From contig JBGUGD010000030.1 of the NCBI GenBank assembly GCA_041697335.1, forward strand, positions 1-64,000: a stretch of DNA of 64,000 nt, given 5' to 3'. The stretch is from Vampirovibrionaceae bacterium NZW_1234 (GTDB lineage: Bacteria; Cyanobacteriota; Vampirovibrionia; Vampirovibrionales; JAGQHJ01). Of the stretch, positions 10,050-19,495 are shown one piece after another. The notes beneath the pieces are model-generated. The model saw nothing but the letters and a program-made list of their open reading frames with translations, ran no database searches and was not told the origin of the DNA. The translations under genes were made by a program, and so were the position numbers. The first letter of the stretch is position 1. Each line of letters starts with the position of its first letter.

Positions 10050-10420
10050 CAGTTTGTTTCAGGTCATTTAAGTTCACTCGGATTTGTCCGAAACGCCCCT
10101 ATGGTCAAACAACGTTTTGTCTGGATAGGAGCGCTTTTAATGAAGCATAGACACCACCCCCGAGTGATTGTGAAAGCGTTAGCGGTACAGAATTCCGCCC
10201 CAACAATCTGGGTTACTGCCATTGCATTAACCATGCTCTATACCTTAATGGTGCTTTAGTCAGGTCCCTTGGAACGGGGCGATTGACCCTGCCACCTTCA
10301 AGTTTTGATATTGCAGGTCTGTCTTTGACAGGCCTGTCGTGTTTTTGTCGGTGTGTTTTACCATGGGGCATGCCCTGGGTATTATCGGATCGGCTGAGGG
10401 GTGTTTTCTTAGGATTCCCC

Positions 10421-10450
10421 TTGACAGACGGTTTTTCAGTGATTCACAAT
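10421..10450 (+). promoter_or_regulatory. sigma70-type promoter of the gcv operon
   Basis: TTGACA (10421-10426), 18-bp spacer, CACAAT (10445-10450), ATG 7 nt later. Confidence 0.55.
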
Positions 10451-10457
10451 CAACGGT

Positions 10458-11597
10458 ATGACGGTACAGATGACATTGCGTAAAACACCCTTGAACCAAA
10501 CCCATCGCGACCATGGGGCCAAAATGGTGGAGTTTGGCGGGTGGGATATGCCGCTTCAATTTTCCAAGGTGTTGGAAGAGCATCACGCGGTGCGCCAAGC
10601 GGCGGGTCTGTTTGATATCTCCCATATGGGTCTGGTGGCTGTGACCGGGGAAACACCGCAACATGCCTTGGAGGCGTTGAATTTTCTTGTACCACAGGAT
10701 TTGTCCAAGCTCTATCCGGGAAAAGCAGTTTATACCCAGTTCTTGAATGAATCTGGCGGTTGCATCGACGATATTATTGTCTACTGGATGCCTGAAACTG
10801 CTCACTTTCACTCTTTTTCTCAGGTGCTTGTCATTTGTAACGCCGCCAATACTGACAAGGACATGGCCTGGATGACTCGTCATGTGCCGGACTCAGTGTC
10901 CATTGCCTGGTCAAATGATCAGTTTAGCCTGATTGCATTGCAAGGCCCTCAGTTTGAGGCCGTCTTGAGGGCTTCTGGTTTGACAACGGATGCGGTTTTA
11001 CCCAAGCGGTTTCATATTGCCGAGTACGTCTTGCATGGTATTCCTGTTCTGTTGTCCCGTACGGGATATACCGGTGAGGACGGTGTGGAAATTATTGTGG
11101 CCTCCGAACGGGTTGCTGAACTTTGGACCAAGCTGCTTGAATCCGGTGCCTCCCTGGGTATCCGCCCTGTCGGTTTGGCTGCGAGAGACACCCTTCGCTT
11201 GGAAGCCGCTTACCCCTTGCATGGGTCTGAATTAACCGAGTCTATTACCCCCTTGGAAGCCGGTTTGGGATGGTCTGTGAAGCTGGATCAGCCTGGAGAC
11301 TTTATTGGCAAGACTGCCCTGATTCACCAACGCGATCAAGGGTTGAAGCGTCACTTTGTTTGTTTTGAAGTAATAAAGCAATCCATCGCGCGTCATCATG
11401 ATGTTTTATATGATGCGAATGGCACCCCCATCGGAGAGGTCACCAGTGGGTCTATTTCACCGACGTTGAATAAACCTGTTGGGGTGGGGTACGTGGCCAC
11501 TCCTGTCGCTCCACAGCCAGGCGATGCCCTTTGGGTGGGCATTCGAGGTAATAAAGTGGAGGCACACGTTGTAGAACGTCCGTTTTACCGGAAATGA
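10458..11597 (+). CDS. gcvT: Glycine cleavage system aminomethyltransferase T
   Basis: KTPL..H...GAKMVEFGGWDMP, FDISHMG, SRTGYTGEDG, GLAARDTLRLEA. Confidence 0.96.
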   Translation: MTVQMTLRKTPLNQTHRDHGAKMVEFGGWDMPLQFSKVLEEHHAVRQAAGLFDISHMGLVAVTGETPQHALEALNFLVPQDLSKLYPGKAVYTQFLNESGGCIDDIIVYWMPETAHFHSFSQVLVICNAANTDKDMAWMTRHVPDSVSIAWSNDQFSLIALQGPQFEAVLRASGLTTDAVLPKRFHIAEYVLHGIPVLLSRTGYTGEDGVEIIVASERVAELWTKLLESGASLGIRPVGLAARDTLRLEAAYPLHGSELTESITPLEAGLGWSVKLDQPGDFIGKTALIHQRDQGLKRHFVCFEVIKQSIARHHDVLYDANGTPIGEVTSGSISPTLNKPVGVGYVATPVAPQPGDALWVGIRGNKVEAHVVERPFYRK

Positions 11598-11612
11598 GAG
11601 GATCCTGTCGGC

Positions 11613-12029
11613 ATGGCAAAACCTGAAGATTTTGATATCCCCGCTGGTACACTGTTCACGGAAACCCATGAATATGTCTTATGGGACGAAGGTGAGGATC
11701 GCGCCCGTGTCGGGATTTCTCACTACGCTGCCGAGCAGTTGGGAGACGTGGTGTTTGTAGAAATGCCAGGCATTGGCGAATCCTTTGAACAAGGAGATTC
11801 GTTCGGGACGATTGAAAGTGTGAAAGCCGCATCAGATCTGTATATTCCTGTGGCAGGTGAAGTTTTGGCCGTGAATACCCAATTGACCAGTGAGCCTGAA
11901 CTGGTCAATGACAATTGCTATGGGGATGGCTGGATGCTTGAAATTCTGCTGAAAGATGCGGAACAATTGAAGGGGTTAATGTCGGCCGAGCGATACTTGG
12001 CTTTTCTCGAGGAGTCCGCAAACGTATAG
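11613..12029 (+). CDS. gcvH: Glycine cleavage system H protein
   Basis: HEY, GISHYAAEQLGDVVFVE, lipoyl-lysine IESVKAASD, YGDGW. Confidence 0.96.
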   Translation: MAKPEDFDIPAGTLFTETHEYVLWDEGEDRARVGISHYAAEQLGDVVFVEMPGIGESFEQGDSFGTIESVKAASDLYIPVAGEVLAVNTQLTSEPELVNDNCYGDGWMLEILLKDAEQLKGLMSAERYLAFLEESANV

Positions 12030-12055
12030 ACGGAGCTTCCGTCAGGAGTTGAACC

Positions 12056-13480
12056 ATGACCAGTTTTATTCCACACACCGCTGATGAGCGACAACAGATG
12101 TTGGATCGGATTGGGGTGTCTTCCGTGGATGCGTTGTTTGACGCGGTACCGGCTTCGCTCAAGCATCCGTTTACGCTGAACACGTTACCCAAAAACGGGC
12201 GATCCGAACTGGAACTGCAACACTATCTCACGGCAATGGCCTCTCAGAATCCGGGGGCAGGTATGCTGTCCTTTATGGGGGGCGGGGCCTATGCCCGCTT
12301 TATTCCGCCAGCGGTCAATGCCATTGCCTCTCGTTCTGAATTTTATACGGCCTATACCCCCTATCAGCCTGAAATCAGCCAGGGCACCCTGCAGATGATC
12401 TATGAGTTCCAGACCATGATGAGTGAGCTGACGGGGATGGATGTCACCAATGCTTCGGTCTATGATGGGGCCACGGCGATGTCCGAGGCCGCCTTTATGG
12501 CGGTGCGGGCTACCCGACGCAAGGTGCTGTATGTGTCCAAGACGACCAACCCCCAGTACCAGCAAGTGTTAAGAACATACTGTCATGCCTTTGGCGATAT
12601 GGCCTTAGGTTGGTTTGATCCGGATCAGCCCTTAGGTCCTCAATTCACCCATGAGCCCAACACCATTGCCGCCATTTTGGTCCAGCAGCCTGACTACTAT
12701 GGGACCATTCGGCCTCTTTCTGCCTACCAGGAGGCGGCTAAGGCTACAGGGGCGCTTTTAGTGGTGGCTGTCGATCCGATGACCCTGGCTCTTTTGGATT
12801 CTCCGCGTAAGGCTGGTGCCGACATTGTGTGCGGGGACATTCAGCAGTTTGGAAATAGCGTCAACTTCGGTGGGCCTTATGGCGGATTTCTGTCGACCAC
12901 GGAAAAACTGATGCGCCAACTCCCTGGCCGTGTGGTTGGCCGGACGGTGGATAAAGAGGGAACGACCGCCTACACACTGACCTTGCAAACCCGGGAGCAA
13001 CATATTCGCCGTGAAAAGGCGACCAGCAATATTTGTACCAACCAGTCCTTGAATGTCCTGAAGGCCACGGCGTATTTAAGCCTTCTGGGACCGCAAGGGT
13101 TGCATCGGATTGCCAGTGTTTCCGCAGAGCGGGCTCATGAGCTTGCGAAGGGTCTTTTGGCCGTTCCTGAAGTCTCATTGCGAAGCGGGGATGCCTATTT
13201 GTACGAATTTGCCGTAAGGTTGCCCATCCCGGCCAAGACCATGGTTCACCAAATGGCTCATCAATACGGTATTCTGGCAGGGATTGATCTGGGGAAGTAT
13301 TGGCCCGAGGAAGACCACACCCTGCTGATTGCTGTTACGGAACTCAATACGCCCGAAAGCCTGGAGCGGTATTTGAGTGCTTTTCGTGATGTGATTCATA
13401 ATCGGGGGCTCTCTGTTTTACCCTCGGGGATGAGTCGTGATGTCAAAATGGTCGCCACAGGCACACGGGGAGGACAGTAA
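12056..13480 (+). CDS. gcvPA: Glycine dehydrogenase (decarboxylating) subunit 1
   Basis: FIPHT, FYTAYTPYQPEISQG, NASVYDG, FGGP, TREQHIRREKATSNICTNQ. Confidence 0.96.
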   Translation: MTSFIPHTADERQQMLDRIGVSSVDALFDAVPASLKHPFTLNTLPKNGRSELELQHYLTAMASQNPGAGMLSFMGGGAYARFIPPAVNAIASRSEFYTAYTPYQPEISQGTLQMIYEFQTMMSELTGMDVTNASVYDGATAMSEAAFMAVRATRRKVLYVSKTTNPQYQQVLRTYCHAFGDMALGWFDPDQPLGPQFTHEPNTIAAILVQQPDYYGTIRPLSAYQEAAKATGALLVVAVDPMTLALLDSPRKAGADIVCGDIQQFGNSVNFGGPYGGFLSTTEKLMRQLPGRVVGRTVDKEGTTAYTLTLQTREQHIRREKATSNICTNQSLNVLKATAYLSLLGPQGLHRIASVSAERAHELAKGLLAVPEVSLRSGDAYLYEFAVRLPIPAKTMVHQMAHQYGILAGIDLGKYWPEEDHTLLIAVTELNTPESLERYLSAFRDVIHNRGLSVLPSGMSRDVKMVATGTRGGQ

Positions 13481-13482
13481 GC

Positions 13483-15003
13483 ATGGCAGAGCGTACGTTG
13501 TTTGAACAATCCGTTGCCGGACGTCAGGGTGTTACCGTTCCTGACCGGTCGACCAATCAGGATGCGACCTCGTGGGTGCCTCAAGGGCTGTTGCGTCAGG
13601 AGCCGCCCCGATTGCCGGAAGTTTCCCAGCTGGACGCAATGCGGCATTTTGTTCGACTGTCGCAATTGAATCATGCCATTGATACGGGATTTTACCCTTT
13701 GGGCTCCTGTACGATGAAGTACAACCCGAAGATCTGTGATGTGGTGGGCCAACTGGCGGGCTTTACGCAGCTGCATCCGGAAACGCCGGATGAATTTGCC
13801 CAGGGGACGCTTGAGATTGTCTTTCGCTTGCAACAATATCTGAAGGACTTGACGGGCTTTGATGCCGTCACCTTGCAGCCCGCTGCGGGTGCTCATGGGG
13901 AATTGGTGGGAATGATGATGATCAAGGCCTACCATGCCAGCCGCCATGATCTGAAACGCACGGAAGTGTTGATTCCAGATTCGGCCCATGGGACCAACCC
14001 GGCTTCTGCCGTGATGTGCGGGTTTAATGTCATTGAGTTGCCCAGTGGCCCTGATGGGCTTGTCGATTTGGCGGTGTTAAAAGAAGCGCTTTCCGAGCGG
14101 ACGGCTGCCATCATGCTGACAAACCCCAATACATTAGGGCTATTTGAAAAGGATATTCTGGAAATCACCCAGCTGGTCCACGAGGCCGGAGGCCTGTGCT
14201 ATTACGATGGTGCCAATTTGAACGCCATTATGGGGATTACCCAGATTGCGACGATGGGGTTTGATGTGATGCACATCAATACCCACAAAACCTTCGCCAC
14301 ACCCCACGGCGGTGGGGGGCCCGGCAGTGGGCCGGTGTTGGTGAACACCAAGTTGGAACCCTTTTTGCCATTGCCGGTGGTGGAACACCATGACGGTCGT
14401 TATGAATTGAATTTTGATCGCCCGCAGTCCATTGGCAAGGTGAAGCTGTTTTACGGAAACACGGAGATTCTGCTTCGGGCCTTTGCGTACATCGAGTGTT
14501 TTGGCTTGGATGGGCTTAAGGATGTCTCTGAAACGGCGGTGATGAATGCGAATTACTTGAAGGAATGCCTCAGACAGTGGTACCACGTTCCTTTTGAGTC
14601 TACCTGTATGCATGAGTTTATTATCACAAGCCAACATCAACATGCCCGGCACGGGGACATCAACACCATGACGTTGGCCAAGCGCTTGATGGATTATGGC
14701 TTTCACCCGCCGACCGTCTATTTTCCCTTGATTGTTCCCGAAGATATGATGATTGAGCCGACCGAGACCGAAAGCAAGCAGACATTGGATGCCTTTGTCG
14801 AAGCCATGCGACGGATTGACGAGGAAACCCAAACGAACCCGGATACCATTGTTCAGGCTCCTCACACGACCCCGGTGAAGCGTGTGGATGAGGTTCACGC
14901 GGCTCGTAACCCTGATCTGAACTTTTATAAGAACTTTAGGCCAACTAATGTTGGGCCCGATCAGTTGCAAGGGTGCTTTACGGCATCCCAATTCTGCCCC
15001 TAG
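13483..15003 (+). CDS. gcvPB: Glycine dehydrogenase (decarboxylating) subunit 2
   Basis: YPLGSCTMKYNP, SAHGTNPASA, PLP lysine HINTHKTFATPHGGGGPG, IEPTETE. Confidence 0.96.
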   Translation: MAERTLFEQSVAGRQGVTVPDRSTNQDATSWVPQGLLRQEPPRLPEVSQLDAMRHFVRLSQLNHAIDTGFYPLGSCTMKYNPKICDVVGQLAGFTQLHPETPDEFAQGTLEIVFRLQQYLKDLTGFDAVTLQPAAGAHGELVGMMMIKAYHASRHDLKRTEVLIPDSAHGTNPASAVMCGFNVIELPSGPDGLVDLAVLKEALSERTAAIMLTNPNTLGLFEKDILEITQLVHEAGGLCYYDGANLNAIMGITQIATMGFDVMHINTHKTFATPHGGGGPGSGPVLVNTKLEPFLPLPVVEHHDGRYELNFDRPQSIGKVKLFYGNTEILLRAFAYIECFGLDGLKDVSETAVMNANYLKECLRQWYHVPFESTCMHEFIITSQHQHARHGDINTMTLAKRLMDYGFHPPTVYFPLIVPEDMMIEPTETESKQTLDAFVEAMRRIDEETQTNPDTIVQAPHTTPVKRVDEVHAARNPDLNFYKNFRPTNVGPDQLQGCFTASQFCP

Positions 15004-15135
15004 GCTCGTTTTATCTTACAATCGCCTTCTTGTCGCTTTTGTTTACTGCCGACATTCACTACGCTGGAATTATAGGATGCTGTCGTTAATGCGGCTCATC
15101 TGTCTGATCCAATAATGTAGCGGAGGAACAATGTT

Positions 15136-15372
15136 ATGGCAGACATGAAAACCGGTAAGATGGAGCTTAAGGAAGAAATTTCCCGTGATCAATGCGTCAC
15201 GCTGTTACGTCAATGCTTGACTGCACTGGAGCAGCATCAAGAAGCAACGGTTCAGGTGAAGGGCATTAATTGCGTCATTCCTCAGGATGCTGGCGAACGG
15301 GGCCACTTTGAAGTGGAATTCGAAGAGGATGACGGGGAGTTTGAATTTGAGCTGACCATGAAATGGGAATAA
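15136..15372 (+). CDS. amphi-Trp domain-like small protein
   Basis: 78 aa; amphipathic helix SRDQCVTLLRQCLTALE, acidic beta hairpin ending ...ELTMKWE; GGAGG RBS. Confidence 0.75.
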   Translation: MADMKTGKMELKEEISRDQCVTLLRQCLTALEQHQEATVQVKGINCVIPQDAGERGHFEVEFEEDDGEFEFELTMKWE

Positions 15373-15380
15373 AAAAGCTA

Positions 15381-15411
15381 CTTCCAGGCCTGGCCAAGCC
15401 AGGCCTGGAAG
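15381..15411. terminator. Strong hairpin, probable terminator
   Basis: Perfect 14-bp stem CTTCCAGGCCTGGC-caa-GCCAGGCCTGGAAG right after the amphi-Trp stop; A-run upstream, short T-run downstream. Confidence 0.7.
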
Positions 15412-15505
15412 CTTTCCTTGCTACCCTATGCATGAGGGCGGTGTGAAGGGTCTACTGGGATGGTTTACAATAGGATCAGTCAAGGCAGTAGACACCGGTT
15501 TTTGA

Positions 15506-16597
15506 ATGCCCATCTATTTATTCATCTTAAAGCGCATTCTGATTGCCATCCCCACGATTCTCATCGTGTCGATGATTAGCTTTTTTATCATGCGCTATGA
15601 TTTCACCATCGGTCCCATTCAATGGACCACTCAGGGCCAGACGGTGACGCTGCTAGAGAAACATCATTTCAAGAACCCCATTGATCCGTTGGCCGAACTG
15701 CGTCAGAATCCCCAGATCTCCAAGGCCGCTTACGAGCATGAGCGCCAGCGTTTGGGGTTGGATAAGCCTTTTTATATGCAGTATTGGCTGTGGATCTCCC
15801 ATATTTTTCAGGTGAATCCCAGTGCCCTGGCTGAGGGCAAGCCCTGGGCGTTTTTTCAGCCTGATCTCGGGAAATCCTTCTCCGGGGAAGATGTCAGCCG
15901 GATTCTCATGCAGCGGATTCCCAACACACTTCTGTTAAATGCCGTAACGCTTTTGATTTGCTGGTTGGTTGCCATCCCCTTGGGTGTTTATGCGGCTCTT
16001 CATTGGCGATCCTGGGCGGATTCCGCGTTAACGGTCTTTTCCTCCGTGGGCATGGCAGCGCCCTCATTTGTGGTGGCTTTGCTCTTGGCGTTGGGCGCTG
16101 TGAAACTGGGATGGCCACCTCTGGGTGGGGTCACCAGTGACGGGTTTGAACAGATGAGTGGGTTCCAGAAACTGGGTGATATTGCGGCCCATCTCTTGCT
16201 GCCGGTGACGGTCCTGACGATTTCTGGGATTGCCGGGCTTCAACGGCAAATGCGGGGCAATTTACTCGATGTGTTGGAGGCGGAGTATGTACGCTTGGCT
16301 CGGGCCAAAGGGCTGCCTGAGAACAAGGTCATCTATAAACATGCCGTGAGGACCGCCATTAACCCCTTGGTAACCTTGTTGGGCTATGAATTTGCCGGGT
16401 TGTTGAGTGGGGCGGCCCTGGTGGAGATGGTGCTTCGATACCCCGGACTAGGCTATACGGCTTTAGAAGCCGTGCGTCAAACGGATACCAATTTGGCCAT
16501 GACGGTTCTGGTGATGGGGGCCATTTTACTGGTCCTTGGGAATCTGTTTGGTGACATTCTGTTGAAGGTTGTGGATCCGAGAATCGAGTTGCACTGA
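15506..16597 (+). CDS. Peptide/nickel ABC transporter permease (OppB/DppB-like)
   Basis: LGLDKP..QY, DLGKS, EAA loop YVRLARAKGL, YPGLG, VDPRI. Confidence 0.92.
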   Translation: MPIYLFILKRILIAIPTILIVSMISFFIMRYDFTIGPIQWTTQGQTVTLLEKHHFKNPIDPLAELRQNPQISKAAYEHERQRLGLDKPFYMQYWLWISHIFQVNPSALAEGKPWAFFQPDLGKSFSGEDVSRILMQRIPNTLLLNAVTLLICWLVAIPLGVYAALHWRSWADSALTVFSSVGMAAPSFVVALLLALGAVKLGWPPLGGVTSDGFEQMSGFQKLGDIAAHLLLPVTVLTISGIAGLQRQMRGNLLDVLEAEYVRLARAKGLPENKVIYKHAVRTAINPLVTLLGYEFAGLLSGAALVEMVLRYPGLGYTALEAVRQTDTNLAMTVLVMGAILLVLGNLFGDILLKVVDPRIELH

Positions 16598-17694
16598 TGC
16601 TAGAGACCAGAGCACGAGGCAAGTATCATAAAATCTGGCGTGAATTGTCCCGGGATAAGATTGTCTTGGGCTGTATTCTTTTTCTTGTTGGGCTCTATAG
16701 CACCATTGTGGTGGCTGGGTTTCTCGCTCCGTATTCGGAAGATTTCAGTGATCGAGATCAAGCCTATGCGCCTCCCACACCCATTTTTGTGTTGGATGAA
16801 GGAAAGCCCAGCTGGCCCTTTGTGGTGACCTATGAGCGTCGGTTTGATCCAGAGACCTATGGGTTTGGCTTTTATCCGGACTATTCCAAGCGTTATCCGC
16901 TAAGGTTTTTTGTACAAGGTGAGGCGTATAAGTTCCTCGGGATCATTCCCTCCCGGCTTCATTTGGTGGGTGTGGATGCGCCGGCCCGGTTGTTTCTCTT
17001 GGGAACCGATATGAATGGCAGAGACATCTTTTCCCGGCTTCTCTACGGAGGGCAGGTGTCCTTGACGATTGGGTTTTTGGGCTTATTTGTCGCCTTTCCT
17101 ATTGGGCTATTGTATGGCGGCATCTCGGGCTACTTTGGAAACCGGGTCGATAACTGGATGATGCGTCTGGCTGAAATCATTATGAGCATCCCCAGTTTTT
17201 ACTTGTTGATTAGCCTGGCTGCGATTTTACCGTCCGGCCTGGCCAGCCGGCAGCGTTTTGCCTTAATCGTCGTGATTTTGGCTTTGATTGGTTGGGCCGG
17301 TATCAGCCGAATTATCCGAGGCATGGTTTTGTCGTTAAAAGAACAAGAGTACGTTGAGGCGGCCCGATCGCTGGGGGCCAGTTCCTTGTGGATTATTACC
17401 CGGCACTTGCTCCCTCAGACCACCACGTATTTGATTGTTGCCATTACCCTTGGGGTACCTGGGTATTTGTTGGCTGAGAGTGGCTTGAGCTTTTTAGGTC
17501 TGGGGATTCAACCACCCGACGCCAGTTGGGGGAATATGCTTCGGGAAGCCCAGGATTTGAGTAATATCATGCTTCGGCCATGGCTTCTTTTGGGGCCAGG
17601 GTTGCTGATTTTCATTACCATTTTGGCTTTTAATGTTGTGGGAGACAAGCTCCGAGACATTTTGGATCCAAAAGCAAAGGGCCGACGTGCCTAA
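16597..17694 (+). CDS. Peptide/nickel ABC transporter permease (OppC/DppC-like)
   Basis: LGTDMNGRDIFSRLLYG, EYVEAARSLGAS, LSFLGLG..PP.ASWG, GDKLRDILDP; TGATG coupling to the upstream gene. Confidence 0.92.
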   Translation: MLETRARGKYHKIWRELSRDKIVLGCILFLVGLYSTIVVAGFLAPYSEDFSDRDQAYAPPTPIFVLDEGKPSWPFVVTYERRFDPETYGFGFYPDYSKRYPLRFFVQGEAYKFLGIIPSRLHLVGVDAPARLFLLGTDMNGRDIFSRLLYGGQVSLTIGFLGLFVAFPIGLLYGGISGYFGNRVDNWMMRLAEIIMSIPSFYLLISLAAILPSGLASRQRFALIVVILALIGWAGISRIIRGMVLSLKEQEYVEAARSLGASSLWIITRHLLPQTTTYLIVAITLGVPGYLLAESGLSFLGLGIQPPDASWGNMLREAQDLSNIMLRPWLLLGPGLLIFITILAFNVVGDKLRDILDPKAKGRRA

Positions 17695-17707
17695 CCGAAT
17701 ATAGAAA

Positions 17708-18604
17708 TTATTCCGAGGCTTCGCTCTGACGACTATGCAAGGCTTTTGTAAAGGCGATGGCCGTGGGGGTTTGAGCCAAACCACCTTCTGCGCTTTCCTT
17801 GAGTTTGGGAGACATCATCTGGCCGACTAGTGCCATGGCATCCACAATTTCATCCAGGGGAATAAAGCTTTCGATACCGGCCAGCGCAATGGTGGCCGAG
17901 GCGGAGGCATGAATGCCTGCCACCGCATTTCGCTTGACGCAAGGGACCTCGACCAGTCCGGCGACCGGGTCACAAACCAGGCCCATCATATTTTTCAACG
18001 CAATGGCCGTTGCCGTTAACGCTTGTGCCGGCGTGCCTTCCAGGGCTTCTACGAGGGCTGCTGAGGCCATGCCGGTTGCCACGCCTACTTCTGCCTGACA
18101 TCCTGCAGCGGATCCGGATAAAAACATACGTCTCGAGACAATTTCCCCCACCAAGCTTGCAGCCAGCAAGGGCTTTTCCAACTGTGCCAAGGGAATCTGA
18201 CGTTCGTCGGCCAAGGCAATGAGGACCGAGGGGACCACGCCACTGCCACCTGCCGTGGGACAGGCCACAATTTTTTTCATACGGCTGTTTTCTTCCAGTG
18301 TGGCCAAGGCATAGGCAATCATCCGGTGTTCCAGGGGTGACATAAAGGCCTTGGGGGAGTCCATAAAGTCCATCACCTTTTTTGAGAATCCCCCGGAAAG
18401 GCCGCTCATGGATTTTTCTTCCGAGTACAGGCCGGATTCGATAGTGGCGCGCATTTGCGCTAGAATGGCACGAACACCGCTGAGTATCGCCGCCTCGTCC
18501 CGGTTTCCCAGGCCGACCTCATACCGAAGGGCGGCTTCGCCAATGGTGCAGGATTCCTGTTGGCAGTAGTGAAGCAGGTCGTTAAAGTTCTCAAATTTTT
18601 TCAT
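17708..18604 (-). CDS. sdaAA: L-serine dehydratase, Fe-S dependent, alpha subunit
   Basis: IVACPTAGGSG, GCQAEVG, CDPVAGLVEVPCVKRN, KESAEGGLA; ATGA overlap with sdaAB. Confidence 0.95.
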   Translation of the reverse strand: MKKFENFNDLLHYCQQESCTIGEAALRYEVGLGNRDEAAILSGVRAILAQMRATIESGLYSEEKSMSGLSGGFSKKVMDFMDSPKAFMSPLEHRMIAYALATLEENSRMKKIVACPTAGGSGVVPSVLIALADERQIPLAQLEKPLLAASLVGEIVSRRMFLSGSAAGCQAEVGVATGMASAALVEALEGTPAQALTATAIALKNMMGLVCDPVAGLVEVPCVKRNAVAGIHASASATIALAGIESFIPLDEIVDAMALVGQMMSPKLKESAEGGLAQTPTAIAFTKALHSRQSEASE

Positions 18605-19281
18605 GATGGGATTTTGTCCACGTTGCATACTGAAAATACCCCTGGAATCTGGCGAATTTCCTCAACCTGGGCTTCAGGCAACAGGCTGTCGAGGCAAATG
18701 GCCATAAAGGCTTCGGTCCCCTTGTCCTTGCGCGAACAGTTCAAAGAGGCGATATTGATGTGTTGCTCGGCAATAATTTTGGTCACTTGCCAAATCATGC
18801 CGGGTTGGTCTTTGTAAAACATCACCAAGGTCGGGTACTCTCCGCGCAACGATACGTTGTACTCGTTAATGCGAGAAATATACACTTTTCCCCCCCCAAT
18901 GGAGTGGCCAATGACCATCAGGTGCTCACCTGTCTGTAAGGTCATATCGAAACGCACGGTGTTGGGGGGGTAATGGTTGGATTCTTCATGGACCAAGAAG
19001 CGATATTGCAGGCCTTGCCGGGTAGCCAGATCAAATGCGTCACGAATGGCCTCGTCTTCGACCCCCACACCCAGAATACCCGCAATTAATCCTCTATCTG
19101 TACCATGACCTTGGTAGGTTTTTGCGAAAGAATTATAGAGTGTAAAGTCCACTTGGCAGATTGGGTGGTTCGCCACGTTTTTTGCCAGTTGGGCCAATCT
19201 GACCGCTCCGGCTGTGTGTGAACTCGATGGACCGATCATGATGGGGCCCATAATGTCGAATAAGGAACCGTGACTGCTCAT
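18601..19281 (-). CDS. sdaAB: L-serine dehydratase beta subunit with C-terminal ACT domain
   Basis: SLFDIMGPIMIGPSSSHTAGA, GHGTD, SIGGG, DQPGMI...INIA ACT domain. Confidence 0.95.
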   Translation of the reverse strand: MSSHGSLFDIMGPIMIGPSSSHTAGAVRLAQLAKNVANHPICQVDFTLYNSFAKTYQGHGTDRGLIAGILGVGVEDEAIRDAFDLATRQGLQYRFLVHEESNHYPPNTVRFDMTLQTGEHLMVIGHSIGGGKVYISRINEYNVSLRGEYPTLVMFYKDQPGMIWQVTKIIAEQHINIASLNCSRKDKGTEAFMAICLDSLLPEAQVEEIRQIPGVFSVCNVDKIPS

Positions 19282-19328
19282 TGCGCAACAACAACCCCGG
19301 ATAAAAAAACGTTTTTGGAATCAGAATA

Positions 19329-19337
19329 TGCTATGAT
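19329..19337 (+). promoter_or_regulatory. Extended -10 element (TGnTATGAT) upstream of the repeat protein gene
   Basis: TGCTATGAT in the AT-rich divergent intergenic region. Confidence 0.4.
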
Positions 19338-19495
19338 GTAGTTAATTATATGGTGTAGTTGGTCTATAGGGAAAGCACATACTCGTTTTTGATTCTTATT
19401 GGAGAGTGGCAATATACCCAGAAGACAGCACATATCGTCCGTTGAGTGTTCTTCCCGTTTGCAGTTAAGAGTGTGCAGAAAAGCGAATTTATACG

